60,000 nucleotides of DNA, taken from Laetmonice hystrix. Lineage: Eukaryota. The notes under the pieces are model-generated. The model was given only the letters and a program-made list of their open reading frames with translations, had not been told where the DNA came from and did not search any database. Numbering within the stretch: position 1 is the stretch's first letter; each line of letters starts with the position of its first letter. Shown here piece after piece: positions 36,650-49,618 of the stretch. The stretch spans positions 30,010,001-30,070,000 of the forward strand of contig OZ249436.1 in assembly GCA_965235115.1 (NCBI GenBank). The letters are read 5' to 3'. The translations under genes and the position numbers were made by a program.

Positions 36650-37894
36650 CAGGGGAAATTATTGCAATTTTAAAATACCTGCCAATCAATGGGCTTAAAG
36701 TGTTGCTGCGTTTGCTTTGATAAATATGTTAGAATATCCCGTCTAGGGTGTGGCATAGTGAATGTGTTTGCTAACTGTGAGGTGTGTCAACATAGCTCAC
36801 CGATATTGACGTTGTTCAGGTATGTACATGCATCTCCGGTTGTCGGCGCGGTAAGTTATGCAGGAGGGAGTGTTCCGGTGTCGCGGTCTGTTTTCTCCGC
36901 CGGTCTGTAATCTCCGGGCGCATGGTTTCCTATTGTTTAGAGGCCGAACGCGCGAGTTTGGGCCGACACCTTCGGTCATCTGCTATAGCTCCTGGGCGGT
37001 TGACCAAAAACTGACGGATGAGATTAGAGGCATTACGTGAGACATGATATTTCGGGATATAGTTTAACGAGAACTATAGGCCTACACAAAATGTGCACGA
37101 CTCTACAGCCAAACTCCCGGAGATCTCCGACCGGTGGAGATCTGTTGACGTATGTGACCAAGGAAATCAAAATTTTTCCTGTATAACGGCACAAATGGGG
37201 CTCTCTCAAAAGAGCTGTGGAGACCCCGACACGGAAGATGGGGCTATCTCGGTGCGTAATACGTGTTACTGTTGCCTATCTAGGTCCCGGGGAGTCTACA
37301 GGTAATTGCCTTAGGCCATATATAGTAGACCATATAACTTTAAGCTGCTAATGTGTAGACTGGGGTGCCGACATAGTGTAGGCTACACGTGGGGGAGTGG
37401 TGACTGTGTGAAATATTAGAAGATCACATCCGTAAGAAAGATATACTATTTTACATGTCGTGTGAGGATATATCCGTAACATATGCTACACACAGAATAA
37501 TAGAAGGTTCATTAAGCCAATGGTATCGGTAGGAATTTTTTTCTAGGAGTATGTGCATAATGTATGATAGGAAAAATGCTATTCTGAGCGAGATGAATAG
37601 CACCTTTAAAATATGTCACTATACTGACGCGAACGTGCATATAGTAAAGTCTTTCATGGAGTACAGAGGAACGACTTCTTCCGAAACCCGGCCCTTTATG
37701 CGTGGCACACCACCCCTTCTCATGACATACCTATGGAGGATTCTGGCTAGTTGGGCCTACAGTTGCTTCCGTTTGGTTCTGTGACGACAGCATGGTTCCT
37801 GTGGTGTCGTCAAATAGGCCTATATCAAACAGTAACTGATATGTTATCGGCATCGTCGCCATGTTTGAGACCTTAGAACGCGTTTGAGCCCAAC

Positions 37895-38273
37895 TAGCCT
37901 GGTCACCAGCTCTATATGGACTACGTATATAGAGCCTGGTGAAGGCTAATCGAAGTGAGCATTGTGATTGGCCTATCGAAAACATAAACGCAAACGAAGA
38001 TACAGATATTTTCGTCAATCCCTTTAAAATACAAGTGGTAAATGTCCTCGCTTTTCTGAATGTAAGGTCATCGGACCCACACCTGCTATGGTCTGCATAC
38101 GCATGGGCATGTTGGCCACTCCCGGCCACGCTCCAAGCAGACGTCGGTCACTTTGTTAACCCGGCTGACCAACGGAACGGAAGCGGAAGTGCTTCGAGTT
38201 TAATCACTTCCGTTTCGCGGCTTTCTGACAGCCTAACATAGCGGATGCGTCTGGTAGGCAGGGGACCAGGCTA
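37895..38273. mobile_element. MITE, TAGCCTGG family (copy 2, inverted relative to 1323-1778)
   Basis: TAGCCTGGTC / GACCAGGCTA ends; 9-bp flanks GAGCCCAAC / GAGCGCAAC; interior homologous to copy 1. Confidence 0.85.
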
Positions 38274-38310
38274 GAGCGCAACTCGGATTGAACATGCGCA
38301 GTCAAACCAT

Positions 38311-41300
38311 GTGGCGTCACATTGATGGACCCAGGTAAAGTAGAGTTGACCAATCGAACTAAGCCTTGGTGTTGGCAGGAGGTTATGCACTCTCCGGACA
38401 GAGATCGTTCACTTCATTCAATCTCTGCCACAGGCTGGGTACTGCCGTTTGAGTGACCCCTTGCCTGACCTAGAAATCCCCGATCGGGCCAGCCGAACTG
38501 GAATTGTGGCTGCTTGATTTTGCTGAGGCACTCTTGTTGTTTACTTTTACGGCGCAGACTGTCAGAATATGATGCCACACAAACCTCCCAACATGCAAAG
38601 CGTCTTCTAGTCAACAGACTGACCGGCAAGATTAACTTAACCAAACAGTGTATTTAGCAGTAAGGTAATTATTCAGACTTTCAGCACTGAACTTAAAAAC
38701 GCAGACATCCACAACTTACTTGAAAATGACACTTTACTCCTCCTTGAAACAACGAACCCCAAAGACTATTATGACAGTAATTCTAATCATGCTGATGAAG
38801 ACCCTGAGCAAAAGAGTAATAACTGTGTCAAGGGCGACTCAGAGTCAAATAGTAATAGGTGTGATAAGTGTGACCCAAGGACTAATAGTGAACGTACTGA
38901 TATAAACTGTATAGATGGTGATCATGAGCAAGGTAGTCGCCTTAATGGTGACTCTGGGCATAACAATAACAACCAAGAGGACTGTGAACCAATCGAACTA
39001 AATTTAATATTAATAATTATGTCGATGGTGATCCTGAGTCAAAAAGTCATCCCAGTCACTCTGGGGTCAAAAATAGTGAAAATGCGTTTAAAATCAATGC
39101 TGACTCGCCGAACATCACAGTCAATGACTTCTCCAAATTAAAAGGGTTTAAACTTGTCCACCTGAACGCCAGAAGCCTGCTGGCAAAGCTAGACAGCATC
39201 AAGCTAAATTTTGCTCCACACTCCAATGTTCTCTGCTTCACCGAAACCTGGTTTAAACCCGAACTAATTTTGGAACTCACCCAGATACGAAACTACAACC
39301 TGATTAGGAATGACCGTAAAAACAAAAGAGGGGGTGGTACCTGCATATTCTTGAGGAATGAAATCAAATATGAAATAATAAGCGAAGTATCTGACAGTGA
39401 TATCGAAAAGCAAGCCATTTTGTTATTAGGTCAGAATGCAAAGAAAAAAATTCTACTAAATTGTTACAGACCACCTAACGGAAACGCTGCAAATGCAATA
39501 AGCACCATAAAAGATTGTCTAAACCGAACAACAAATTGGAGTAGGTGTGAAATCGTAATTTTAGGTGACCTGAATATGAATTACCTTAACACTCATGCAG
39601 ACACACACAAACTATTGATGTCAATAGAGGATGAGTTCAGTTTGAAACAAATAATTCAGAATAATACCAGGATAAGTCGACAAGGCGACTCTTTGATTGA
39701 CCTCATTTTTACAAATATAAATAATATTTATGCCTCAGGATGCATTGAATATAATGTCAGTGACCACCTGCCCATGTAATAAAAAGAAAAGTGTAAATAG
39801 AGAAAAAACCTACATTCAAAGTCGATGTTATAAAAACTACGATAAAAACCAGTTAAAAATCAATTTAAAACATCTGGACTGGTCTGTATTTCATATTCTG
39901 GACAATATAGATGATATGTGGAACATGATCTACAAACCAATAGAGTATGAAGTGAATCGCATGTGTCCATACAAAAAGTTCAGAATAACAACAAACAAAC
40001 CTGAATGGATGACCAGGGAACTACTAGAATTTTAAATTAATAGGGATACTCTATTTAAAATTTACAAGAGGTCCAAATCACAAGCTAGTTATGACAGGGC
40101 AGCGCATGCCCGTAAACTCTACAACAAGATGGTGAAGGAAGCAAAGCAAAATTATACATTGTCAAAACTAAAAGAACACGAAAAGGACCAAAACAAATTT
40201 TGGAAGAAGATAAAAACATTGATACCCGAAATGAAAAGAAAAACTATAGATGCCATCTACAACCCATTGACAGAAAGACCTGCCACAGGCAAAGATGCTA
40301 ATGACTTAATAAATGATTACTTCATTAATATAGGTAAGGATCTCGCTGACAAACTACCCTTGAGCAGTACTGATCATGATTTGGATGTCTCGTGTAGAAC
40401 CGACCTCTCTACATTTGATGAGCTAACTGAAGACGATCTATTAAAAACTATTAAGTGCCTTCCCTTGACGAAATCATCCGGAATACAAGAGATTAGTACT
40501 CGAATATTACTTGATGCATTCTGAGATCATAACCAAATTCTGCAACTTTTCACTAAAAAACGCACAAATACCTGCCAGCTTCAAGGTATCCAAGGTCACC
40601 CCGATCCCAAAAAAGGGAGACAAAAAGGAAAAAGGGAACAATCTGCGCCCCATATCGAACATACCACTCCCAGCTAAAATACTAGAAAAATATGTAAATA
40701 ATGGAATTTACAACTACATGGAAAGCAACAAACTATTTTTCAAACGCCAACATGGTTTCAGAAAAGGGAAATCAACTATAAGGGCAGTGAACAATATCAC
40801 AAACAAACTATTCGAATACAAAAACGATGGCGATTATAGTATAGCAGTATTCCTAGACCTCTCAAAGGCTTTTAATTGTGTTAACCACAACATCTTATGT
40901 AAGGAACTTGAAAAAGTTGGAATCACAGGTCATTGTAAAAGATGGATAGTAGAATAATTAAGGGATAGACAACAGTATGTTAAAAATTGTGACATAAACT
41001 CAGACTGTAAAACTATTAACTATGGGATCCCACAAGGTAGTGTTCTAGGACCTCTTATCTACTTACTGTATGTAAACGATATTATGGACTGCAAAATCAT
41101 ATCTGACCTGAACACATTTGCCGATGACACCGCCTTAGTGTCCCATGGTAAAGTACTGAGCGATGTTGTATCACAAATCAAAAATGACATGACTAAATTA
41201 ACGGAATGGTTCAATGCCAATAAGTTAACAGTTAACCTAGACAAAACGAAATACATGATTTTCAACAAAAACACACGTTGTGACGAAGACCACTGGTACA

Positions 41301-42224
41301 GGTAAATGGAGTAAATCTTGAACCAGTATCAACCTTCAAGTACCTCGGCATAGTTATGGATAGCAAGATTCAATTTAATGCACACATCAAAAATAGTATA
41401 AAAAAGCAGGGCACAAAGTTTATATGTTGTCAAAAATAAGACAGTTCATCAATGATCCTTCCGTACATCGAACACGGGAGTTTCTTTAATGGAACTTGTA
41501 GTGAAGGTGATCAACGAAGGCTACAAGTGATTCAGAACAGAGGGTTAAAGATCGCCCTAGATAAAAGCATTCTATACAACACCGTTGATCTCCACATAGA
41601 AGCAAAAATCCTCCCTTGCAAATATCGAAGACTAATGATGCTTCAGAAAATCACCTTTAACGAGATAATAGAAAGGCAGGTAGGTCTACAAACGGACAAC
41701 AGAGACATCCGAACTAGAACCCACGATGCTATCTCCCTCCATGTCCCATTACCCAAATCTGAATTATTCAAAAAGTCCAGCTGTTATACCAAACCAATGT
41801 TATGGAATAGCCTCCCGTCACACATAAGAAACATTAATCAATATGACTGCTTCAAAAACCAAATCAAAACTTATTACATAAAAATGTTTCTATCAGACAA
41901 TAACATAGAGAGGAACTCCTGGTGAAACGAGTTAACAGAAGTAACTACCGTGAACTTACCTGTGTGAAGTACATGATATATGGTGTGATGTAGTATTAGT
42001 TTTTCTGTGATATATAATGTGATGTAGTGTTAGTTTTCTGTGATCTCAATACGCTTATTTTAATCCATGAATTGTATTCACTTTTGTCTTTCTACCTCGC
42101 CGTTTAATATAAAACATGTTGTACATATGTCGGATGATGTGATCACAGGACCCCGCTTTCATGACGGCTCTCAGCCGAGTAGGTAATCCTGTATAAAGAT
42201 GCTCAATAAAAAAAAAAAGAAAGA
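38311..42224 (+). mobile_element. CR1-group LINE, probably full length, pseudogenised
   Basis: APE and RT motifs; 3' stem ACAGGA...TCCTGT, AATAAA and A-rich tail (42205-42224); candidate 7-bp TSD AAACCAT (38304-38310, 42225-42231). Confidence 0.85.
39130..41925 (+). pseudogene. LINE ORF2 (AP endonuclease + reverse transcriptase), multiple stops and frameshifts
   Basis: VHLNARSL, CFTETW, RNDRKNKRGGG, CYRPP, ILGDLN, SDHLP; LRPIS..AKILEK, QHGFRKGKST, FLDLSKAFNCVNH, GIPQGSVLGP, FADDTAL, FKYLGI. Confidence 0.93.
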
Positions 42225-42818
42225 AAACCATCTAAGTCTTCGGAGAAATCAGATGCAGCCGCTATGTTGAACGGAAGTACCTAGTCGGAAACACCCGAAA
42301 TCATCCCGAAATTGGCCAACCGACTTGCGACTATAGCTGATTTCCCCCCGCAAAAGTAGTTCCTAATTTGTTATGTCACTTGTTATAATCTCGGCTTTGG
42401 GATTTAGAGCTAGGCCTAGTTAGACTACGTTAAATTTTATAGATACAATAAAGGGCGGCCGACTTTGCAAAAACGGGGTTAAACGCGTATGTAGAGGAGC
42501 GATTGTCGCCGTAAAAAGTGAGGTGTGGCAGAGAAGTAGATCTATAGGCCTAAGTGGAGCAAGCCCCTCTGCATTATGGAAGATTTGGAGGTTATGTATT
42601 TAAACATTCTCACACTCGAGTCCTTTCGGCATCTTTGGCAATCTTCGGCAATCTTCGTTCGTGCGGGAAAAGCACTCTCACAGATTACATATCACTCACG
42701 GCTCGATTAGGAGCATCCGCGCCACCTCACTCGTCACACTCGTTAGATTACTACACCGTGGATACAAAGTAGTGCGTGCCCTTCGGCAAGATGGCTGATG
42801 TTGTTGAACAGGTCTTAA

Positions 42819-43346
42819 AGGGGCATGCTATGAAACACGTTTTTGAGGATTTCCGGCAATTATCCAACATGACCGTGTACTAGGGATCCAAGTAAATAAT
42901 CCTACCACAGCATTTTGTCCTCCGACGTGTTTTCGCTGCGTATGCAGCACAAGTAGGTTCTATACGACCAAACCTATAGATGTCTCCCGAGAGCACATCT
43001 CCCGCCATAATTTGGCGGACAACCCCCCATCAACCCGTGTAATTGCATACTGTGTCACATCCTGTGTGTGCACGCTCTGCATGTGCTTAGTCACGTGCTT
43101 TGTTTAGTTGTAAACAATTCAGCAGTGACACTCGATCGCCCGGCATCAGAATGCCACCCAAAAAATATTTTACGAAATCGGCAGAGAAGCAGGCAAGGGA
43201 GCTTATTAAACTTCGATTTCTCACGCCAAATGAAACTGATAAGTCTGTCTTTGTTGACTAAGCAATTTTAATGAAGGATCTCTTTATGAAAACAGCAAAA
43301 GTTCTATGAAATACCGATTTTGAACGTTTCCTCATAATATGCCCCT
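42819..43346. mobile_element. Kolobok-like MITE (TTAA TSD)
   Basis: TTAA-AGGGGCATGCTATGA ... TCATAATATGCCCCT-TTAA. Confidence 0.8.
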
Positions 43347-43852
43347 TTAATGGTCTGTATCGAAATGTTATCGACTGTCAGGTGTCTCGATGTTGCTAAT
43401 ATCGCTCAAGTCAAAGTTCCGACCGTTCAACTTCACACCACGATTAAAACTTATTTCTGCCTGTTACCTAGATTCCAACTTACTGTATCGTGTTACCCCA
43501 TTGTTCTATTAACTCTGGCCACCCTGAACCACCCTGAACTACACGGAGAAACTCAAAATCCCAGATTTGCCCAACACCTCTTTCTTCATTGTTCGCTATT
43601 GCCCAAGCGCTAGCAACGCGGTGCGCTTGCACCGACTTTGGCGTCGCTAGGGAGCTTGTAGGTGGCGCTAGTAGTAGTTCGGAAAATGGTCTATTAAACT
43701 TATACGCTGGTTGACTGTCTTGTGCTTAACCGCCGCCGGTTTGACTGGTGTCACGCGGGAAGCCATGTTTTCCATTAGTTCAGTTTCTAAACGGTGACTT
43801 GTTGGAGTAGTCTTCTATGTGCTACGGTGAAAGTAGTTCGCCCCAGTAGATC

Positions 43853-44016
43853 TAGCGTACCCGCGGGGGCGGGGGGGGGGGGGGTGCTTGGGGTGTTCAA
43901 GCACCCCCCTCAATTTGCCCATTTTTTGTGGTTGCCCATGGCCCCCTCCCAATTTGCATCGCCTACGACGTTGGTTATTTCCAGCACCCCTCTGGGTCCA
44001 GTTTCTGGGTACGCTA
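43853..44016. mobile_element. Small GC-rich MITE
   Basis: TAGCGTACCC / GGGTACGCTA inverted ends. Confidence 0.5.
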
Positions 44017-44734
44017 CTGGCCCCGGTGTCCTCGTTACCCCCTGCGGCTTGCCCAGAGTCCCGTGCAGGATCTGTGAGCGTTCATTTTGAGCAAATGGGC
44101 GCGAATGTGAGCGTGATGTATAAAGTCAAGTATTACCTAATTGTTTCACGACTTTGGTGTCCCACATTCCCTCATAACAAGCCGGTGACGCGTGTGGCCT
44201 TCTGCTACAGGTATGGGGGTTGTTCACAGCTGCCCAACTGTAGGCTACAATACTCTTGCATGTTCATAAAATACCTGTCACAAATGACAATGGTTGGCTA
44301 GTCCTGCGATAATTAACAAATAGGCCTATGTCTCGTCAGTCAGACAGTCGCCTCTATCAGCTGGCCCCTATATGAAGATCACTGGATATTCGCCTAGCGC
44401 ATTCAACGCAGGAAGCAAGAATAATTATTAAAACCATAGACTCTACGTCTATGATAAAACTAATAGTCTACAACCATCTTTATTACTGCATCGGAAAATT
44501 TACGATTCAGTCAAAGGGCACAACAGAAGGCCTTTTTTGTCCATCAAAGCTCATTGACAAAATGGGTGATAAATATGGCTGAGTGAGCTTCAGCGGAGGG
44601 GGCCTCGCCCCCTGCTTGGATCAGAGGGAGCGACCCCCCCCCCCCGCCCCCTGGTTCCGACGCCTATGTTGCCGACATGTTGGATCCCAGGGAGCGATCC
44701 CTCCTGCCCCCTCGTTCCGACCACTGCTTATGTA

Positions 44735-45771
44735 AGGGTATATATGGGTCCTAATTTTTATGCCCGTGTCCCAGTGTCACACGATAAGAAATTTGTCCAT
44801 GTCGCATGTCACTTTTTAAAACGATTCAATCATGTCTCGTGTCACTTTTTAAGCTCCAGTCTAAGACTAAGACTGAGACTGGCTCCAGTGTAAGACTAAG
44901 TGTTGTAGGCCTAGGCCTAGATGGATATGGCAGATCTAGGCCTGTCGCTTTTACGGTAGGCCTACGTCGCACGTCGCTATTTAATAATTGTCGATGTCGT
45001 GTGTCACCTGTTAAAGGGAAATGTGAGTGTTCAAATCCACCACTAGAATTTTCAAAATATTTTTATGGGGGATAGCCTTTGTCCTTAGGAGTACAAAGAA
45101 ACCAAAAAAATCATATGTCACCGAATTAGATTTTTTTATACAGGCCTCCGTAAAAAATGGGTCTTTACTATAGGTTTCAATGGGAAAAACAGGATTTTTC
45201 AGACATTTTGACTAATAGTTAAAAAATGACCACCAATTTTCTCCTGAAACTCGGTGACAAGATAAAGTGGATCAAGACTAATAGTTTAAAACAAAAAAAA
45301 TTGGGGGTCACCGAATCAACAAAAAAGTTACAGCCTGCCAAACAGTCAGTGCCTTGGTAAAACACGGGTCTTAACTATAGCATTCAATGGAGTAGACAGG
45401 TTCTGGCACACGGTTTGGTTAATTGTTTAAAAAATACTACTGATTTCCAGATCAAACTAGTTGACTGCATAAATAAGCCAAACAGTTTTCTTTTAAAGCT
45501 CACTACGTGGCGCTTTGAATACTCACATTTTCCCCGTGGTACCAACGCGGCTCACTAGGTGGCGCTTTGAACACTCACATTTCCCTTTAAGTAAATCAAT
45601 GTGTCTCATGTCTATTTTTATTGCAATTCTGGATGTCTCACGTCGAATTTTATCAGCCATTTGGGAGCTGCATGTGTCCGTCCCACGTTAAGAAGAGGAT
45701 GTCGCAATGTCGCCCTTCATTTTACGGCCGTGTCGGCGTGTCGATCGTGTCGAATTTTACCCATGTATACT
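44735..45771. mobile_element. TIR element with (GTGTC)-rich interior inserted in the 61-bp satellite
   Basis: AGGGTATATATGGGT / ACCCATGTATACT imperfect ends; TTATGTA on both flanks; satellite-related sequence on both sides. Confidence 0.6.
45015..45586. mobile_element. Kolobok-like MITE (TTAA TSD), nested
   Basis: Perfect 21-bp TIR AGGGAAATGTGAGTGTTCAAA flanked by TTAA on both sides. Confidence 0.9.
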
Positions 45772-46560
45772 TTATGTAGCAGACATGTTTGAGAGTAACT
45801 GAGTGAGTTTTGCTGGCGTGTGGTTCCGACGCCTATGTTGCCGACATGTTTGGGAGTAACTGAGTGAGTTTTGCTGGCGTGCGGTTCCGACGCCTATGTT
45901 GCCGACATGTTTGGGAGTAACTGAGTGAGTTTTGCTGGCGTGTGGTTCCGACGCCTATGTTGCCGACATGTTTGGGAGTAACTGAGTGAGTTTTGCTGGC
46001 GTGTGGTTCCGACGCCTATGTTGCCGACATGTTTGGGAGTAACTGAGTGAGTTTTGCTGGCGTGTGGTTCCGACCACTGCTTATGTTGCCGACATGTTTG
46101 GGAGTAACTGAGTGAGTTTTGCTGGCGTGTGGTTCCGACGCCTATGTTGCCGACATGTTTGGGAGTAAAGGCCTGTACCCACTAGCGCGTTTTACCGCCG
46201 CGGTCCACGCTGCTTGAAATCGCGACGCACAACGCCGAGATTGGTACAACTGAATTTCATAGAATGGTTTCCATTTGAGCGATGCGGCAAAAATACCTGA
46301 TTGACCCTGCCGCGGCCGACGCACAGGGGAAAAAGCCATTGCAAAAATAGCATTCGAAGCGATTAACCGCGGCGGGGCGTGACACCCGAAGGGGAGTGAA
46401 TGATGACCGCATATGATGCGTTTTTCTGCCTCAGTGGGAACAGGTTACCTAATCAGGGCCGCCGCGATTTCCCGCGACGGGAAATCGCGGCGTTTTTGGC
46501 TGAGCGACAAAACGCGCTAGTGGGTTCAGGCCTTTACTGAGTGAGTTTTGCTGGCGCGTC
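45772..46560. repeat. Tandem repeat, ~61-bp unit, ~7 copies (related stubs at 44650-44734)
   Basis: GTTCCGACGCCTATGTTGCCGACATGTTTGGGAGTAACTGAGTGAGTTTTGCTGGCGTGTG repeated; last unit split by 46169-46533. Confidence 0.9.
46169..46533. mobile_element. PIF/Harbinger-like MITE (TWA TSD)
   Basis: TAA-AGGCCTGTACCCACTAGCGCGTTTT ... AAAACGCGCTAGTGGGTTCAGGCCT-TTA; empty site GAGTAACTGAG seen in neighbouring satellite units. Confidence 0.85.
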
Positions 46561-46639
46561 CCACCGTCGCCAGATCATAGATGTGGTCAAAAGCCTACTT
46601 GCATGTCCAGAAACTTTCACTTGTCGGCCTTCTTGAAAT

Positions 46640-49344
46640 GGGTCATATAGCCACAGAATGCACAAATAGGTGAAATCGTTATACCCTCACTCATTATACA
46701 GCTCATAGACCTGTCTGTTATTTTTACTGAGGTCTTTTGCTCAAATGCATAACATGGAAGAGAACAGAAAATGTATACTTTGCTATATCTCATTTGCATT
46801 TTGGCCAAGCTGTGGCTTTTTGAAATTAAGAAATTATTTAAATTTAAATTCATGTCATGAAATATATGTCAATAATCACTTTGGAATGCAGCATAAAGAA
46901 TGCCTGATATAAATCATTCTTGATGTCATGGTATGTAATAAGTTAATCAATGTAAATGTACCCCCTGTAGCTCCCCGAAAAGCCACGTCCCCCGCTGTGG
47001 TGGCTGGCTGGTCTTCGGTCCTGTCGGTTATGGCCGTAGTTTCTTTCTCTGGAGAACTTTGTGAATGGAACTCTGACGTTTTACCTATAGGGAGCGTAAG
47101 TCTCGCGACCGAAAACGAGGTTCGGTCTAACTAGGTCAGACCGCTGGCGACATGTAACTTCCGTTACGTCACAATTCCCCACTGGTTTAACAAAGGGCGA
47201 GCGTACACCTCTCCAAACATCGGCCTTTCTTTTGACAATTAAATATTTCTTACGTATGAAGTGTATTTTTTCTGACATAAGAGATGTTGGTTCTGATGTA
47301 TAGTCAGTTTGATAACAAAGAGAACAGTAATTGTGGAGTTATCAGTTAGAACGTTTTTTCAATGGGCCTCCCAATGCTAAATGAACGGAACCGGAATTTG
47401 GCTGGCGCCAGTTTGCGCCTCCAAACAGCATTTCTCGTCGATTCACGCATTGTGACGTGACATACTTAGGCTCCCTATTACTTTCAAGGGATCCAGCTGG
47501 CATTTTTGTCCTGTTGGGCCAGGATGGCCTTTGACCAAACGTTAACAGATGGTACAACGTTTCGATGGCATATTGTACACGTTTTGGTCACAAGCGAAGC
47601 CAGGTAGCACACTGGCCAGGTGAGCTGTCCAGGGGTGCTAGACAGGTGAGCTGGTCACACGCGATGACGATGACCCTTCACCCTTTACCCGTTGACCAGT
47701 TGGCGCGAAGAGGCGCCCATTATGGTGGGCTAAGCATCACTACTCCCGATTAACACATATTATAATATAATAATTACTAAAAAAAATACTGACGCATCTA
47801 TTCTGATTCGTTCATTATAGAAATGCATTAAACATTTTTCATTAAATTATTGTGACGTGCATAATTAAATAATGGTTTGATTATACTAGACAAATATAAC
47901 ACAGCAAAAAGGCTATTGATAAGGGGAATATGCAGTGCATATTTAGGTGGCTCACTTCCCACAAAACTTTTCCGAAAATTCCTAAAACCCGTTTAGTTAT
48001 AATTCCGCAAAGTTTCGCTCAGTGTGTTTATAGTACTGGAAGCAGCTTATGCACGTCATGAACAGTGGTTTCTTCATATTTCTTCATGCTGTCCATATTT
48101 CATAGCATTTGAGAATTTTGGAACAAGGTATGCCTGATCTTATTCATATGCTATGATCCTGTGCTGAAAGATCCGAAAATATCACTGATCAGTCGTGTTG
48201 GGGGTCAAATCGTGGAAAATCATGATATGCATAAGGGGCATGACGTGCATAAGGTTAAAAATAGTGTTTTGCCCTTTTCAAAGCGAGGACGTAGCCACAC
48301 AGTGCTGCCATCTGCAGGAACTTTTGTGAGCATCTTGACGGCAAGATCAGTGACGTTCTTGCCCTTTTTTTCACCAGTTGTACTCACATCGGGCTTAAAC
48401 TGTAAATCCTACCCAAGCCAAACTGTAAAGTAGTGTACTTCAAACCCCTGTGATGTAATTGTAGCATTCAGCTAATCGTATTTAGTGTGTTTTGATTAAA
48501 ATTATGAAATTCTACACTATTTCGGCATGAAACATGGGCGATAAATGGTTGGGTTCCAGTGCAAAATCTTCTGTGTATTTTTGACCTTGGGTATGGACTG
48601 TAATGATGTGATGTGCATAAGGACAATTTCTTGTACCAGGAAGACAGACCTGTATAGTTATTTTATTGATGCAGACAGGTTTTTTTCTTTGTTTCCATTC
48701 TCTAGAGGTGTTGTGGTTTAATGGAAACAACGATTGCTGTATGTCTGCGCATATATTTTAAAGGGTTTGTGATTATGGACTTTGTGATTATGCACGTCAT
48801 GCACCATGGTGAATGGTGGCAAAACAGCTCCACCATGTAATTTCAGTGCCCTTAACATGTATGTTTCATTTTAATGGCTGCCCCTTACCTTCTAATGTTG
48901 TATTAGGCCCTATAACTAAACATAATGAGCGTGAATCATAGACTGTGGGCAAAAACAATATCAAACCATGACGCTCGTAAGAATCTTATGCACATCACAC
49001 ATTTTATTTACAAGCTCCACTGAGCCTAACATTTTGATTGTACTGTTAGAACATAGATATATTTTGGGTAGCCTTCTGTCTGACCTGTAAAACAAACCAT
49101 GTAATCATCCCCAACTGTATGTTTCAAGTGTGTGATATTCGATTTCGAACCTTATGCACGTCATGCAGCTGCAGACAAAAAAAACACACTGCTAGGATTT
49201 TGTTAGTATAGTTGGTATATCCTGATAGCGTAGATCACAGGCTTTCAAACGATACCAGACAATACGGAATTGGGCCAATTTGAAAATTTGGTCTTTTTGA
49301 GGGGTCCTGGGAGGCCATTTGTGCATTCTGTGGCGATATGACCC
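46640..49344. mobile_element. 2.7-kb non-autonomous TIR element, Sola2-like (GRG termini, 4-bp TSD)
   Basis: GGGTCATATAGCCACAGAATGCACAAAT versus ATTTGTGCATTCTGTGGCGATATGACCC (27/28); AAAT on both flanks; dispersed internal TTATGCACGTCATG motifs. Confidence 0.8.
47087..47478. mobile_element. ATAGGG-family MITE, nested in the Sola2-like element
   Basis: ATAGGGAGCGTAAGT / ACTTAGGCTCCCTAT; shares AAGTCTCGCG and GTTACGTCACAA..CCCA.TGGTTTAACA with 22282-22978. Confidence 0.75.
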
Positions 49345-49618
49345 AAATTTATGATTAATCATAGAACTCGAGAAGCACGTCTTCTAGAGTTCTATGGATT
49401 AATCAAGCTCGTTTAGTGTAAGGAATATCCTAACAAGTAACAAACCTGTAATTATAGTAAATTTCACGGGAGTATTTCAAAGTTTTGTCCCGAGTTTGTT
49501 TAGGCTACGTCTGCCATTTTGACGTCAGTATTTATCACCCTCACCGAGGCTCTGTCCCAGCGAGGACAATTTAGACAAGCGACAATGGCAAAATAGATTT
49601 GTGACAGTGGCGACGGTA

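Noticed and set aside
38311..38420. HDV-like ribozyme at the LINE 5' end
   Set aside because: I could not assemble the P1/P2/P3/P1.1 nested pseudoknot by eye; a covariance-model search would be needed.
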